DNA of 64,000 nt from a bacterium (GCA_037131105.1 JBAXRQ010000001.1:386039-450038); one strand, 5' to 3'; counted from the first letter of the stretch, positions 8,280 through 19,016 are shown. A program made the numbers and translations. Notes: a model not told the origin generated them from the letters alone.

Positions 8280-10246
8280 GCCTCCTCGGACGCCTTACTT
8301 TGGCCGCTTTCCAGCACAACCTCATCACTATGGGGGGTGTGGCTACCATGATCGGCGGGGTGATCGCCGTCGTGGTCATTATTACCTACTTCCATCGCTG
8401 GACCTGGCTCTGGACCGAGTGGCTGACCACTACCGACCATAAGAAGATAGGGGTGATGTACCTGGTGGTGGCCTTTGTCATGCTGCTGCGAGGAATAGGG
8501 GATGCCGTCATGCTCAGGGCCCAGCAGGTACTGGTAGGGTCGGGCCAAGGTTTTCTCTCAGCCGACCAGTTCCAGCAGGTCTTCTCAGCCCATGGCACCA
8601 TCATGATCTTCTTCGTAGCCATGGGACTGATGTTCGGCCTTTTGAACCTGATAGTGCCCCTGCAGATCGGCTCCCGCGACGTGGCTTTTCCCTTCCTGAA
8701 CTCCATGAGCTTCTGGCTCTATGTAGCAGGTGTCATACTTATTAATCTCTCGCTGATAGTGGGGGATTTTGCCGCAACAGGCTGGCTGGCCTACCCTCCC
8801 TTATCCGAGCTGGCCTATAGTCCGGGGGTGGGAGTAGATTATTGGATATGGAGCCTGCAGATAGCCGGTATCGGCAGCTTGGTCTCCGGCATCAACTTCC
8901 TGGTCACCATCCTGAAGGAGCGCTGCGAAGGCATGACCCTTATGAACATGCCGATATTCATCTGGTCAGTGCTTGGAAGCATGGCTCTGGTCATTACTGC
9001 TTTCCCTATTCTTACCGTGACCCTGACTCTCTTGGCCTTGGACCGTACCCTTGGCATGCACTTCTTTACAGCCGGGGGCGGGGGGAGTGCCATGATGTAC
9101 ATCAACCTGATCTGGGCCTGGGGACATCCTGAGGTATATATCCTGATACTGCCTGCCTTCGGGATATTTTCTGAGATAGTCGCGACCTTTTCCAAGAAGC
9201 GACTCTTCGGCTACGCCTCTATGGTCTGGGCCATCATCGCCATCACCTTCCTGTCCTTTACGGTCTGGCTGCACCACTTCTTCACCATGGGAGGCGGAGC
9301 TGACGTCAATGCCTTCTTCGGCATCATGACCGCCGTCATCGCCGTGCCTACCGGGGTAAAGGTCTTCAACTGGCTATTTACCATGTACCGTGGGCGCATC
9401 TCGCTGACTACCCCTATGTATTGGTTCCTGGGCTTTGTGGTGACCTTTACCATAGGCGGAATGACCGGGGTACTGATGGCGGTGCCACCTATAGACTTCC
9501 AGGTGCACAACAGTCTCTTCTTAGTGGCGCACTTCCATAATATGATTATCGGCGGGGTAGTCTTCGGGTATTTCTGTGGCTTTACCTACTGGTTCCCTAA
9601 GTTTACCGGGTTCAAGCTGAATGAGCGCCTGGGAAGGTACGCCTTCTGGTGCTGGCTGGTAGGCTTCCTGCTGGCCTTCGTTCCTCTGTATATCCTGGGG
9701 ATCATGGGCGCTACGAGGCGTCTGGACAGCTACGACCCTTCGATGGGTTGGCAGAGCCTGTTCATAGTGGCGGGGGTTGGGGTGCTGGTGATCTTAGCAG
9801 GAGTAGGCTTCCAAGTGCTGCAGATCGCCGTGAGTATCTACTTGCGCAAGCAGAACCTGGATACTACTGGGGATCCCTGGGACGGGCGCACCTTGGAGTG
9901 GTCCACTAGCTCGCCGCCGCCGTTCTATAACTTTGCAGTGCTGCCTAACGTCGATGAGCGCGATCCGTTCTGGGAAGCCAAGCAGGCCGGAACTGCGCAT
10001 GAAAAGCCTGTTTATGAGGATATCCATATGCCCAAGAATACCGCTATAGGCATATATATAGCCGCTGCCTTTTTCTGCATCTCCTTTGGCATGGTCTGGC
10101 ATATGTTCTGGCTGTCAGTACTGGCTTTGCTGGCGGTCATCCTGCTTGTCATACTTCGTATGTCAGATGATGATACCGGTATGATCATCCCGGCAGCAGA
10201 AGTGGAAAGGATAGAGTCTGCCCGAATCCATAAGACCCAGTCATGA
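8276..10246 (+). CDS. cyoB: Cytochrome o ubiquinol oxidase subunit I
   Basis: [28 protein letters not shown] and AHFH heme-copper motifs. Confidence 0.97.
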   Translation: MSLLGRLTLAAFQHNLITMGGVATMIGGVIAVVVIITYFHRWTWLWTEWLTTTDHKKIGVMYLVVAFVMLLRGIGDAVMLRAQQVLVGSGQGFLSADQFQQVFSAHGTIMIFFVAMGLMFGLLNLIVPLQIGSRDVAFPFLNSMSFWLYVAGVILINLSLIVGDFAATGWLAYPPLSELAYSPGVGVDYWIWSLQIAGIGSLVSGINFLVTILKERCEGMTLMNMPIFIWSVLGSMALVITAFPILTVTLTLLALDRTLGMHFFTAGGGGSAMMYINLIWAWGHPEVYILILPAFGIFSEIVATFSKKRLFGYASMVWAIIAITFLSFTVWLHHFFTMGGGADVNAFFGIMTAVIAVPTGVKVFNWLFTMYRGRISLTTPMYWFLGFVVTFTIGGMTGVLMAVPPIDFQVHNSLFLVAHFHNMIIGGVVFGYFCGFTYWFPKFTGFKLNERLGRYAFWCWLVGFLLAFVPLYILGIMGATRRLDSYDPSMGWQSLFIVAGVGVLVILAGVGFQVLQIAVSIYLRKQNLDTTGDPWDGRTLEWSTSSPPPFYNFAVLPNVDERDPFWEAKQAGTAHEKPVYEDIHMPKNTAIGIYIAAAFFCISFGMVWHMFWLSVLALLAVILLVILRMSDDDTGMIIPAAEVERIESARIHKTQS

Positions 10247-10830
10247 GCGAGCACACCCTTCTACGTCAGGAGCATTCGGACTCCACCGCCGTCTTTGGCT
10301 TCTGGGTCTACCTGATGACTGACTGCGTGCTGTTCGCGGCTCTGTTTGCCGTCTACGCGGTGCTGCGGACCGGTACCTTCGGTGGGCCGGGCGGGTCTGA
10401 GATCTTCAACCTGCCCAACATCCTGGTAGAGACCTTCCTGCTGCTCACCAGTAGCTATACCTGCGGACTGGCCATGCTGGCTGCCCATAAGGGGCGTCGA
10501 AACGAGGTGGTGGCCTGGTTCGGCGCTACCTTCGTCCTCGGATTTTCCTTTCTAGCGCTTGAGCTTTCCGAGTTCCACCAGCTTCTTCTGGACGGAAACG
10601 GTCCTGACCGCAGCGCGTTCCTGTCGTCCTACTTCACCTTGGTCGGTACCCATGGTCTCCACATAACCATCGGTCTACTCTGGATGCTGGTGCTGATGTC
10701 CCAGGTGCTTAAGCGGGGACTGAAGCCTATGACCTTGAACCGTCTGGCCTTACTCAGCCTCTTCTGGCATTTCCTTGACCTGATCTGGATCTTCATATTT
10801 ACCATCGTTTACCTGATGGGAGCCAAATGA
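10243..10830 (+). CDS. cyoC: Cytochrome o ubiquinol oxidase subunit III
   Basis: [24 protein letters not shown]. Confidence 0.96.
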   Translation: MSEHTLLRQEHSDSTAVFGFWVYLMTDCVLFAALFAVYAVLRTGTFGGPGGSEIFNLPNILVETFLLLTSSYTCGLAMLAAHKGRRNEVVAWFGATFVLGFSFLALELSEFHQLLLDGNGPDRSAFLSSYFTLVGTHGLHITIGLLWMLVLMSQVLKRGLKPMTLNRLALLSLFWHFLDLIWIFIFTIVYLMGAK

Positions 10831-11192
10831 GCATACCCAAGCACCATCTTCCTGCCGAAGGGAACCTGGCCTCGTATACTGCGGGTTTCCTGCTTTCGGT
10901 GATACTTTCCGGGGCCGCCTATCTGGCGGTGGAGCAGGGGCTGGTAGCCGGCACTCAGCTGATAGTGATGTTGGTAGCCTTTGCCATTCTCCAGCTCATG
11001 GTGCAGCTGGTCTTCTTTCTGCACCTGGACACCGTCTCCTCGCGCTGGAAACTGCTCGTCTTCTTGTTTATGGCTATGGTAGTGGCTATTCTGGTAGGAG
11101 GAAGTATCTGGATCATGAATAATCTCAACTACAATATGTCTCCTGCCGCCACCAACTCCTTCATCATCCATGACGAGGGGGTTACCAAGTGA
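10827..11192 (+). CDS. cyoD: Cytochrome o ubiquinol oxidase subunit IV
   Basis: VQLVFFLHL, GSIWIM; position in operon. Confidence 0.93.
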   Translation: MSIPKHHLPAEGNLASYTAGFLLSVILSGAAYLAVEQGLVAGTQLIVMLVAFAILQLMVQLVFFLHLDTVSSRWKLLVFLFMAMVVAILVGGSIWIMNNLNYNMSPAATNSFIIHDEGVTK

Positions 11193-12058
11193 ATCTCAAA
11201 GGAACTCTGAAGGCCTATTACGTCCTGGCCAAACCCGGTATCATCTACGGAAACCTCATTACCGCTTTGGCCGGTTTCTTTTTGGCTTCAGACGGGCATA
11301 TCCAGTTCGGAGTGCTACTGGCAATGGCGGTAGGTACATCTTTGGTGATGGGCTCGGGCTGCGTGTTCAATAACTATATGGACCGGCGCATCGACGCCCT
11401 GATGGCCCGAACCAAGCAGCGGGCCCTGGTGACCAAGACTATCTCAAAGGGGGCGGCGCTTACCTATGGGACGGTGCTGGGCTTTCTGGGAGCTGCCATC
11501 CTGGCCTACTGGACCAATCCGCTTGCCGCATCAGTAGCGGTGGCCGGCTGGATACTTTATGTGCTGGTATACGGCATCGCCAAGCGGCGCACCGTGCACG
11601 GGACTCTGATCGGCAGCATCTCAGGAGCGGTGCCTCCGGTGATCGGATACGTGGCGGTTAGCAACCGTCTGGATCTGGCCGCCTTTTTGCTCTTCCTGAT
11701 GCTGGTGTTCTGGCAGATGCCCCATTTCTACGGCATCGCCATGTACCGGCTGCATGACTACGCTGAAGCTAAGATCCCGGTACTCCCGGTAGTAAAGGGT
11801 ATGCGGGCAGCCAAAGTACAGAGCCTGGTCTATATTATTCTCTTTGGCCTCGCCGCCGCCTCGCCGACTATCTACGGCTACACCGGCTATATCTACCTGG
11901 CGGTGATGGCGGTGCTTTCACTGGCCTGGCTGCGGGTGGCCCTTACCGACTTCAATGGGAAGTTCGATGCGGTCTGGGGTCGCAAGGTGTTCAGATTCTC
12001 GCTGGTGCTTATTACCGCTCTGAGTGTTATGATCTCTATAGGCGGGATACTGCCGTAG
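11189..12058 (+). CDS. cyoE: Heme o synthase (protoheme IX farnesyltransferase)
   Basis: KPGII, NNYMDRRIDALMART, FWQMPHF. Confidence 0.95.
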   Translation: MNLKGTLKAYYVLAKPGIIYGNLITALAGFFLASDGHIQFGVLLAMAVGTSLVMGSGCVFNNYMDRRIDALMARTKQRALVTKTISKGAALTYGTVLGFLGAAILAYWTNPLAASVAVAGWILYVLVYGIAKRRTVHGTLIGSISGAVPPVIGYVAVSNRLDLAAFLLFLMLVFWQMPHFYGIAMYRLHDYAEAKIPVLPVVKGMRAAKVQSLVYIILFGLAAASPTIYGYTGYIYLAVMAVLSLAWLRVALTDFNGKFDAVWGRKVFRFSLVLITALSVMISIGGILP

Positions 12059-12076
12059 CAATTCGTAACAATTCAT

Positions 12077-12334
12077 ATGCCGATACTTCTGCACGTACTG
12101 ATTGCCTTGGCCAGCGTCGCTTATACTACGTATCTGTTCTTCTTCCCAACCCAGAAGGGGCTGCAGCTGGCCCAGGCTTTGGTGGGTCTTACCCTGATTT
12201 CCGGGACCTATCTCGTCATAATCATGCCCGCCCATATGGTGCAGAGCTGCCTTACCGGCCTTGCCTACATAGGATTCGTAGCGGTCGGCTTAGTACTTGC
12301 CAAACATCGTCTTGTAGAGCAAAACACAAATTAG
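12077..12334 (+). CDS. Small three-TM membrane protein at the end of the cyo operon
   Basis: 85-aa hydrophobic ORF 18 nt after cyoE. Confidence 0.7.
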   Translation: MPILLHVLIALASVAYTTYLFFFPTQKGLQLAQALVGLTLISGTYLVIIMPAHMVQSCLTGLAYIGFVAVGLVLAKHRLVEQNTN

Positions 12335-12462
12335 TAGCTCCAGAAGCCAATAAGGTATTGACATTGGCGCGCTTTTCTGGTTAAATGCTCTCGATAGATT
12401 GTGACCTAAGGAAACGCACGCACCGAGAGGTGCGGCCATTTCCCGGTCAAGAGGAGTAAGAG

Positions 12463-13047
12463 ATGAAGAGCTGGAAAATGGGCGCATTCGCGCTCGGTAT
12501 TGGCCTTACGGCCGTGAGTATGTTTCTGACACCGACAGCGCGCGCGGCCGACGACGTCTCCACCAATGCGGTGGCTGCGACGATGACTACGCCGCCGCCA
12601 TTGCCGCCGGTGATCCAGGCGTTCCTCGGGACAACGGTCAGCCCGGAGCCCAACAAAAGCATGGGGGTGCCGGTCGCCTCCGGCGACACAACCGCCAAGT
12701 TCCCGCTCATGTTTAAACTGCGCCTGGGCGGCTCCGACTTTGCCGCATCGCAATACGTTGTTTATGCCCAGCTCATGGCTGCGGTCAAAAACAGTGCCGG
12801 TGCGATCACAGGCTGGACACCGGTCCCCGGCGCCAGGATCACGGCTTCCAACGTGCCGGCAGCGCCCGGCATGGTGAGCACCTGGAAACAAGCCTACGCC
12901 AATGCTTGGAATGCTCCGGACAACACCTACAAATGGACGTTGACCGTCATCTGCGGCGTTGCGCTCGCTCCGATCGACTCCGGATGGATGGTCAAGACAA
13001 CGGTGCCTCCGGCACCGACGTCCGCTACCATTCCACAGGTCGGCTAA
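12463..13047 (+). CDS. Secreted Pro/Thr-rich hypothetical protein
   Basis: Signal peptide ending ARA; TTGACA-17-TTAAAT promoter (12358-12386); AAGAGGAG SD; hairpin terminator at 13074-13102. Confidence 0.7.
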   Translation: MKSWKMGAFALGIGLTAVSMFLTPTARAADDVSTNAVAATMTTPPPLPPVIQAFLGTTVSPEPNKSMGVPVASGDTTAKFPLMFKLRLGGSDFAASQYVVYAQLMAAVKNSAGAITGWTPVPGARITASNVPAAPGMVSTWKQAYANAWNAPDNTYKWTLTVICGVALAPIDSGWMVKTTVPPAPTSATIPQVG

Positions 13048-13173
13048 AATGTGCAAGGGCGAAAGTCCCAACGGGCGCGCGGATCTGATCCGCGCGCCTT
13101 TTGCATTTCTGCCGATACAAAGCGAAAGCGCCGACCCTCCTCCTGGGGGTCGGCGCTTGCAAATTCATGGAGA

Positions 13174-14127
13174 TCAGTCCTTGATGGCAACTACGAGGCT
13201 GCACAGATTCTCTGGATCCGAGAAGCTTTTGACAGTCACCAACTGGTGCCGGCAGAGCAAGGCCCGGAAATCCGGTTCGTACCACTTTTTTGAGCGTGAG
13301 ATGGTGATAGGCTCGTTCTTGTCGATCTCGACAGCTATATCCAGATCGTTGATCCGGACGGTATGGCGCCTACGGCTTACCATATCCATATGCACGGTTC
13401 CCTCATCGTCTATCCAGGGACGGTAGTCGAAGTTCTCGCGACGGAAGCTGCCACCGTACTGCTCGTTCACCTGCTGCAAAGCATTCCAGATGAAGGCAGC
13501 TGTGATGCCCCCGGGATCATTGTAGGCGGCCAGGATGCGCGGATCGCCGGGACTCCGGCTGTGGTATCCCACCAACATGGCGTCACCGATTTTCAGTAAG
13601 GATGCCATGTAGGCCACGTTTTGGACTGGGTCACCGTTCCCGACGCTTCCACCCAAATCAAGGTGGACACGATACTGGCGGTTGTTGAGTCGAAGTGCGG
13701 CCAGGGCTTCCATTCCACAGCCCTCGATGAGCCTAAAGCCATTGGTTCCGCCGATAGGATAGGGAGGATGCTGACGGAAGGCAGCCAGGGAATCGGCGGA
13801 GAAGTCGGCTCCGACGTAATCGATAGGCAGTCCCTTGGCTGCCAAAGCCTCCAATACGTAGCGTGTCTTTCCTCCGGTGCAGCAGCCAAGCTCGGTGACG
13901 AGCAGGCTGGTGCAGTTAAAGAGCTGGGACTCCTCTACGACCCTGGCTGCCAATGCGGGAGAATGCGTCTTCAGGATTTTCAATTCGGCTCTGCCCTGGT
14001 AGTAGGCGTCCATCGCGGCAATCTGTGGAAACAGGTTGTCTCCATGGTATGACAAGCCAGAAGGCAGCCACTTGCCGGTTGGTTGGCCAAGGCCGGTACG
14101 TATCTGCTGGGCAAAACTATGTAACAT
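13174..14127 (-). CDS. EgtD-like SAM-dependent methyltransferase (histidine N-alpha-methyltransferase family)
   Basis: YYQGRAE, ELGCCTGGKT, LGGSVGN, LAAYNDPGGITAAF, EPITISRSKK. Confidence 0.85.
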   Translation of the reverse strand: MLHSFAQQIRTGLGQPTGKWLPSGLSYHGDNLFPQIAAMDAYYQGRAELKILKTHSPALAARVVEESQLFNCTSLLVTELGCCTGGKTRYVLEALAAKGLPIDYVGADFSADSLAAFRQHPPYPIGGTNGFRLIEGCGMEALAALRLNNRQYRVHLDLGGSVGNGDPVQNVAYMASLLKIGDAMLVGYHSRSPGDPRILAAYNDPGGITAAFIWNALQQVNEQYGGSFRRENFDYRPWIDDEGTVHMDMVSRRRHTVRINDLDIAVEIDKNEPITISRSKKWYEPDFRALLCRHQLVTVKSFSDPENLCSLVVAIKD

Positions 14128-14805
14128 GATCTTTCCTTCAAACTGTTCGCTTCAGCGGTAGGCGTCAGCGTGGTGGCATAGTAGCTGAAAACAGCCATAT
14201 TGTCTAGGGCTTTCCCCTTATTCGACGGGACTTTGCATTGTTTGCTATACAAGAGCGTAGAGGAGTGACGTATGCGATGCTCCTGCTGCGCTCGGGACTG
14301 TAACCGGCGCCTAGTCACCTTGTCCATGTTTGAAGGGAGGTGTACCTATTGTTGAAGGAAATGACCTGCGTTGCAGGTGTTTGCGGCAAATAAAGTGGTT
14401 TATGTATGCTCGGGATTTTGATGCCGAGCTATAGCAGCTCAGCGTGGGCGGCCGCCTACTATGAGCAGCGCAACTTCCGCCACTTCGGCTGACCGTGCCG
14501 AACGGCAGCGCCTGGCAAGCGCGATGTGTAGCCGCATAGGCGCATTACGCAGGATTATCCTGCAGCCGCCTGAGTAACCCAGGACCACGATTCGGCGCAC
14601 TTCGTAGTCTGCGCCCGTTCGCCCTACTCCGGGACCCAGACATCCCGCGTGTGTCCCTAGTCCGATCAGTGCCCACCTTTCACCACGGAGGCCTGAACAG
14701 GAAAACTGAAAAGGAGTCCCATTTGACTAAGCGTTTTGTCGTCATCACCCTCTGATCCTTTCGCCTCGTACAAACTAGGATCAGCAGTATCCCTCCAGAT
14801 ACCAG

Positions 14806-14842
14806 CACCGCACCGGGTTTCCCGGTGCGGTGATTGCTTTTT
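14806..14842. terminator. Strong intrinsic terminator hairpin
   Basis: caccgcaccggg-ttt-cccggtgcggtg followed by a T-run on the + strand. Confidence 0.7.
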
Positions 14843-15722
14843 ATACAGCTACTTTTGCGCAGTTCTCCGAGCAATAGGCGGTCTCATTCTTGGGAGAGCA
14901 GTCACGGCAGCTAATGAAGTGCAGATGACAGTTCAAGTTGGCGCAGTTTACGTAGCGCTCTGAAGGCGTACCACAGAGGTGGCAGCGGCCTACGGTCACG
15001 TACTCGGGTGCTTTGTCGTCGCCGACACCCATTACTATCCGTCCGTCAAACACATAGAGCTTGCCGTGGAAGCGGCTGTTCGGGTATTTTTCCATGTACG
15101 ACACGATGCCTCCGTCAAGCTGGTAGACATCGGTGAAGCCGTTCTTGAGCAGATAGCCTGAGGCTTTCTCGCAGCGTACGCCGCCGGTGCAGACGGTGAC
15201 CACGGTCTTTTCACGCAGGTGCTCTACATGGGGAAGGACTTCTGGGAGATTGCGGAAGTTTGAAAGGGGAGGCAGTACTGAACCTTCGAAGTGGCCGACG
15301 GCATGCTCGTAGTCGTTACGCATGTCTACAATATGAAACTCGCGGCCCTCATTGAACCAGGACTGCAGGTCGTCCGGGGAGAGGTGGGTGGCAGTGGTCT
15401 CTACCGGATTTACATCGTGCTCGCCCAGATGTCCGCTGACGATCTCAGGGCGCAGCTTCACCGAGAGCTTGGGGAAGGCCTCACCGGTTCCCTCGCTCTT
15501 CTTCCAATGAATGTCGACAAAGCGGGGGTCGGCACTGGTTTCCTTTATATACGCCTCGGTGTTCTCAAGAGTGCCCTCGACGGTGCCATTCAGTCCCTCG
15601 TGGCCGATGAGGATGCGCCCGCGCAGCCTCAAGGACTGGCAGAGCTCTTTCTGAGCTTGTACCAAGGCCGCCGGGTCGTCGATCCTGACGTATTTATAGT
15701 AGAGAAGAATCTGGTGGTCCAT
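14841..15722 (-). CDS. trhO: Rhodanese-domain O2-dependent tRNA U34 hydroxylase (TrhO/YceA family)
   Basis: LLYYKY, GRILIGHEGLNGT, DMRNDYE, CTGGVRCEKAS and a Cys-rich C-terminus; leaderless-type start MDHQ. Confidence 0.88.
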   Translation of the reverse strand: MDHQILLYYKYVRIDDPAALVQAQKELCQSLRLRGRILIGHEGLNGTVEGTLENTEAYIKETSADPRFVDIHWKKSEGTGEAFPKLSVKLRPEIVSGHLGEHDVNPVETTATHLSPDDLQSWFNEGREFHIVDMRNDYEHAVGHFEGSVLPPLSNFRNLPEVLPHVEHLREKTVVTVCTGGVRCEKASGYLLKNGFTDVYQLDGGIVSYMEKYPNSRFHGKLYVFDGRIVMGVGDDKAPEYVTVGRCHLCGTPSERYVNCANLNCHLHFISCRDCSPKNETAYCSENCAKVAV

Positions 15723-15741
15723 AGGCTGCATAGTAGCAGAT

Positions 15742-16284
15742 TTAGGAGGCTTCGGCCAGGTCGCGCAGGGCAGAGACCGTCTTCCAGTTGCGAGTGGTGG
15801 CCGTTTGCTTGAGCTTCCGCTCGAAGAAGCCGTTATTCAGCTTGGTGCGCCCATAACCGCCGGGACAGTAAAGATAGATAGTCTTGCCCACGGCCTGCCA
15901 TTCGTCTTCTCCGCCTATATGCCTGTCGATGTCGGCAAGTAGAGCGGGATCGGGAGCAGCCTCTAGAAAGGTGGCGTAGAGCGCGTTGGTATCGATGTCT
16001 TCGCGACTGAGAAAGGGGTTGGCCAGGGCAGCGGACCTAAGCTCCTCGGCGGTAAGCACCAGTACGGGGAGGTCGAGCTTCCGGTCGGCAAGCAAGATAT
16101 CGTGGACGGCCTTTGAAGTATCCATAGAGGACAGGTCTGATGTGAAGACCGCATTGCCGCTCTGGAGGTAGGTCCTTACCTCTGTAAAGCCGGCCTTCGT
16201 AAGGGAGGCTGCGAAGTCAGGCATGGAGAGACGGTTGTGGGAGCCGAGGTTGATGCCTCGCAGCAGGCAGATGTAGGTGGTCAT
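15742..16284 (-). CDS. DUF1697 family protein
   Basis: LLRGINLG, TYLQSGN, TTRNWKTV. Confidence 0.9.
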   Translation of the reverse strand: MTTYICLLRGINLGSHNRLSMPDFAASLTKAGFTEVRTYLQSGNAVFTSDLSSMDTSKAVHDILLADRKLDLPVLVLTAEELRSAALANPFLSREDIDTNALYATFLEAAPDPALLADIDRHIGGEDEWQAVGKTIYLYCPGGYGRTKLNNGFFERKLKQTATTRNWKTVSALRDLAEAS

Positions 16285-16353
16285 AGGGCTAGTGTAGCAA
16301 ATTTTCAGCTCCTACCGTGTTCTGATATAACTAAGAAGGAGGTGAAAAGAGAT

Positions 16354-16803
16354 ATGAATGCACTGAAGGCAGAAGAGGGATGTAGGTGGGTTGTCATCAT
16401 AATCGGTGACGGGAGGGAGCCGTATTGCCTATGGAGAGTATGCATAGATCCTAGTGGAGCGACGACGTACGAAGCCCTACCCTGCGCTATACAGCCCGAC
16501 ACAAAGCCCCACCCTGATCATCCCGGGATGAAGCTTCTAATGCCCTATATAGGGAAAGATGGGTCTGCTCAGCCAAGTCCCTTCGGGAATGAGGAGCGAA
16601 GCGCCGTCGCCGCGATAGCCGCAACGCTCGCACGTATCGCCGTTTATCGACCGGACCTGCAGGTTACGAAATGGCTTGCAGCATGTATGCATGCCAGCAG
16701 AGTATCTGATACTCAGCTAAGGATTGCTGACAGATGGCCGTTGATGGCGCTTGCGAAGAGGTGGCCTGTCAACGGGGATCCGGGATATTTGCCCTACAAC
16801 TGA
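16354..16803 (+). CDS. Hypothetical protein (ORFan)
   Basis: Start reassigned to MNALK after AAGGAGGTG SD; TGaTATAAC -10; hairpin at about 16833-16856. Confidence 0.55.
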   Translation: MNALKAEEGCRWVVIIIGDGREPYCLWRVCIDPSGATTYEALPCAIQPDTKPHPDHPGMKLLMPYIGKDGSAQPSPFGNEERSAVAAIAATLARIAVYRPDLQVTKWLAACMHASRVSDTQLRIADRWPLMALAKRWPVNGDPGYLPYN

Positions 16804-16907
16804 GAGCGACAAAGGACTCTCTTATTTGCGGACCCGGCGGCTGCTACACCGCCGGATTTCCTTTTGTCCTCACCCCGCCTCTTGCATCCCCGTGGTATAA
16901 TGACGGC

Positions 16908-18140
16908 ATGACTGTGATCGCTTCCTTACAGCACCGCGCCCGCAAGATTCTGACCTCCGTCAGCCTCTTCACGTTATTGCTGGTCACCCTTCCCGGCTCT
17001 CCGGTACAGGCTGATTCGATCACCGATCTCAAGAAGCAACAGGAGGCACTCCAGCAGCAGGCCGCCCAGGCCACTGCCCAAGCCCAGGCTCAGCAAAGTC
17101 TGGCCGAGCGGGCCGCCGCCAGCGTCGTCCAGGTCACGGGCCAGATCACCAATATCAGCGCCAACCTTCAAAGCACCCAGAAGCAGATCGGCAGTGTGCA
17201 GCAGCAGATCGCCGACAAGGATCAGCAGATTGCAGCCCTCCAAGCCGCCCTCCAGTCCACCAAGGACCAGCAGAACGCCCTGGTGAGGGAGCTCTATATC
17301 ATGACCCAGAGCCACCCTGACAGCCTCGATCTTTTTTCCAGCGAGTCGGTCTCGATCAAGCAGCAGCGCCAGATCCAGCTGAATGCCCTAGAGAAGGCGG
17401 CATCTCTTGTATATGACCGTACCCAGCAGTCGGCTGCCGAGGTGACGTCGGCCCGTAATGATCTGCAGCGTCAGAACGAGGGTCTTGCTTCTCTGAAGAC
17501 ACAGCAGCAGAACCAGAAGTCGGTATTGGCCGACGTCCAGGCCACCCAGCAGGCCCTGCATGACAATGCCACCGTGGCAGAGCAGAAGCTTGAGGCAAAG
17601 GCCGCCGCGGCCAAGGCCCAGGCCGCCCAGATCGCCGCCCGTATCCAGGTACTATCAGCTACCAGCAACTGGGGTAACCAGATAGTATCCTCAAACGACG
17701 GCAGCTGGTATTACTCCCAGACCGGCGATTATACCCTCATGGGAGGCGGCCCTTATACCGTCAGCGAGGTGGGCTGTCTGATCACCTCCATTGCTATGGT
17801 CTCCACCTATTATGGCCACCATATCAGTCCTGATTACATTGCCCGTAACGGGTCGTTCAGTGATGGCTATCTGGTGGGACTACCATCCGGACTTGGCATC
17901 ACCCTGCATGCCAGCCGCCATATCGACTGGAGCGTGGTAAACAACGAGATCTCCAACAACCGTCCGGTGATCATCAGTATCTATCTGCCATCAGTGGGCG
18001 CAGTAAACTCAGACGGATCCTCGCACTTCATAGTCATCAAGGGTGTCTCAAACGGCAAGTACCTCATGCATGACCCTATCGGCGCCGGCCGCAGCTACAA
18101 TCTCAACCAAGTACGTTCCATGATCCTCGTGAACGGCTAG
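16908..18140 (+). CDS. Secreted coiled-coil protein with C-terminal C39-like (papain-fold) peptidase, possible cell-wall hydrolase
   Basis: Signal peptide, Q/A-rich coiled coil, GCLITSIAM...HFIVIKG...HDP Cys-His-Asp triad; TATAAT 6 nt before ATG 16908. Confidence 0.82.
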   Translation: MTVIASLQHRARKILTSVSLFTLLLVTLPGSPVQADSITDLKKQQEALQQQAAQATAQAQAQQSLAERAAASVVQVTGQITNISANLQSTQKQIGSVQQQIADKDQQIAALQAALQSTKDQQNALVRELYIMTQSHPDSLDLFSSESVSIKQQRQIQLNALEKAASLVYDRTQQSAAEVTSARNDLQRQNEGLASLKTQQQNQKSVLADVQATQQALHDNATVAEQKLEAKAAAAKAQAAQIAARIQVLSATSNWGNQIVSSNDGSWYYSQTGDYTLMGGGPYTVSEVGCLITSIAMVSTYYGHHISPDYIARNGSFSDGYLVGLPSGLGITLHASRHIDWSVVNNEISNNRPVIISIYLPSVGAVNSDGSSHFIVIKGVSNGKYLMHDPIGAGRSYNLNQVRSMILVNG

Positions 18141-18217
18141 CGCCGGTAAAGATCTTGAAACATCGGCGAGTTCATTGTATAAGGAATCAAGCGACAGTCG
18201 TTTGAAAAGGAGCGGTA

Positions 18218-18706
18218 ATGGCCAGAAATAAGAGCGAAAGTTACAAGTTCCGTCCGACGGGCGGTAGACGTGAGTTTGGTCCCGGGCACTTCACCCACTT
18301 CATTAGCCTTGACATTCCACTGGATGGGTCGGACCAAAGTCCTATCGAGCAGGTTACTTCGATCATAGAGGCTTGTTTGGCTGCCCTGGAAGAAGGGGAC
18401 TGGCCATATTATATGCCTTCGGAGCCATCGCTGCAGGCCCAGTTAAAGGGTGCCGATAGCCTCGGCATGAAGGTGGGGCAGTGGTATCGGCAGTTGGAAA
18501 AGGGTTCCTGCTATCCTCGAGTGTGTGTAGGGGCTCAAAGCCTCTCCCTGGCGGGGACCTCGCAGCAGGGCTATGTGGCAGCCAGGCTGAAGGTGGCAGT
18601 CTTTACTAACTTGAGGTGTATCAGCGAACAAAAGACGCATACTACTCTCGCTGAAAGAACGGGAAAAAAGCTTCAACGTAAGTATCGGGAGCTGTTCGCA
18701 CGGTAA
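18218..18706 (+). CDS. Hypothetical protein (ORFan)
   Basis: AAAGGAG SD; terminator at 18722-18753 (ggcggatgtctc-aca-gagatgtccgcc-ttttt). Confidence 0.6.
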   Translation: MARNKSESYKFRPTGGRREFGPGHFTHFISLDIPLDGSDQSPIEQVTSIIEACLAALEEGDWPYYMPSEPSLQAQLKGADSLGMKVGQWYRQLEKGSCYPRVCVGAQSLSLAGTSQQGYVAARLKVAVFTNLRCISEQKTHTTLAERTGKKLQRKYRELFAR

Positions 18707-18755
18707 TCCCAAGCCTATAAGGGCGGATGTCTCACAGAGATGTCCGCCTTTTTCA

Positions 18756-19016
18756 TTATCCTTTGCGCCAGTGTAGTGAAAGGCGCTGCTTATCTTTGCG
18801 GTTCAGACTCTTGATGACATATTCCCGTTGCTGTGCTTCTGATCGGTTAGTACAGATTTCTGAGTAGGTAAGCCGTACTGGCTGCCTTGACCGCGTGTAG
18901 CGGGCGCCGCGCTTGCCACCGTTGTGCTCCCGGACCCTTCGCTCAAGGTCGGTGGTGACGCCACAGTAATACGTTCCGTCGGCACAGAGGAGTAGGTAGG
19001 TGAAGTAGGGTTTCAT
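18756..19016 (-). CDS. GIY-YIG nuclease family protein (YazA/YhbQ-like)
   Basis: YFTYLLLCADGTYYCGVTTDLERRVREHN..GARYTR. Confidence 0.9.
   Translation of the reverse strand: MKPYFTYLLLCADGTYYCGVTTDLERRVREHNGGKRGARYTRSRQPVRLTYSEICTNRSEAQQREYVIKSLNRKDKQRLSLHWRKG

Noticed and set aside
14580-14700. tRNA/tmRNA-like element (CACCA at about 14681)
   Set aside because: No T-loop or acceptor stem could be built.
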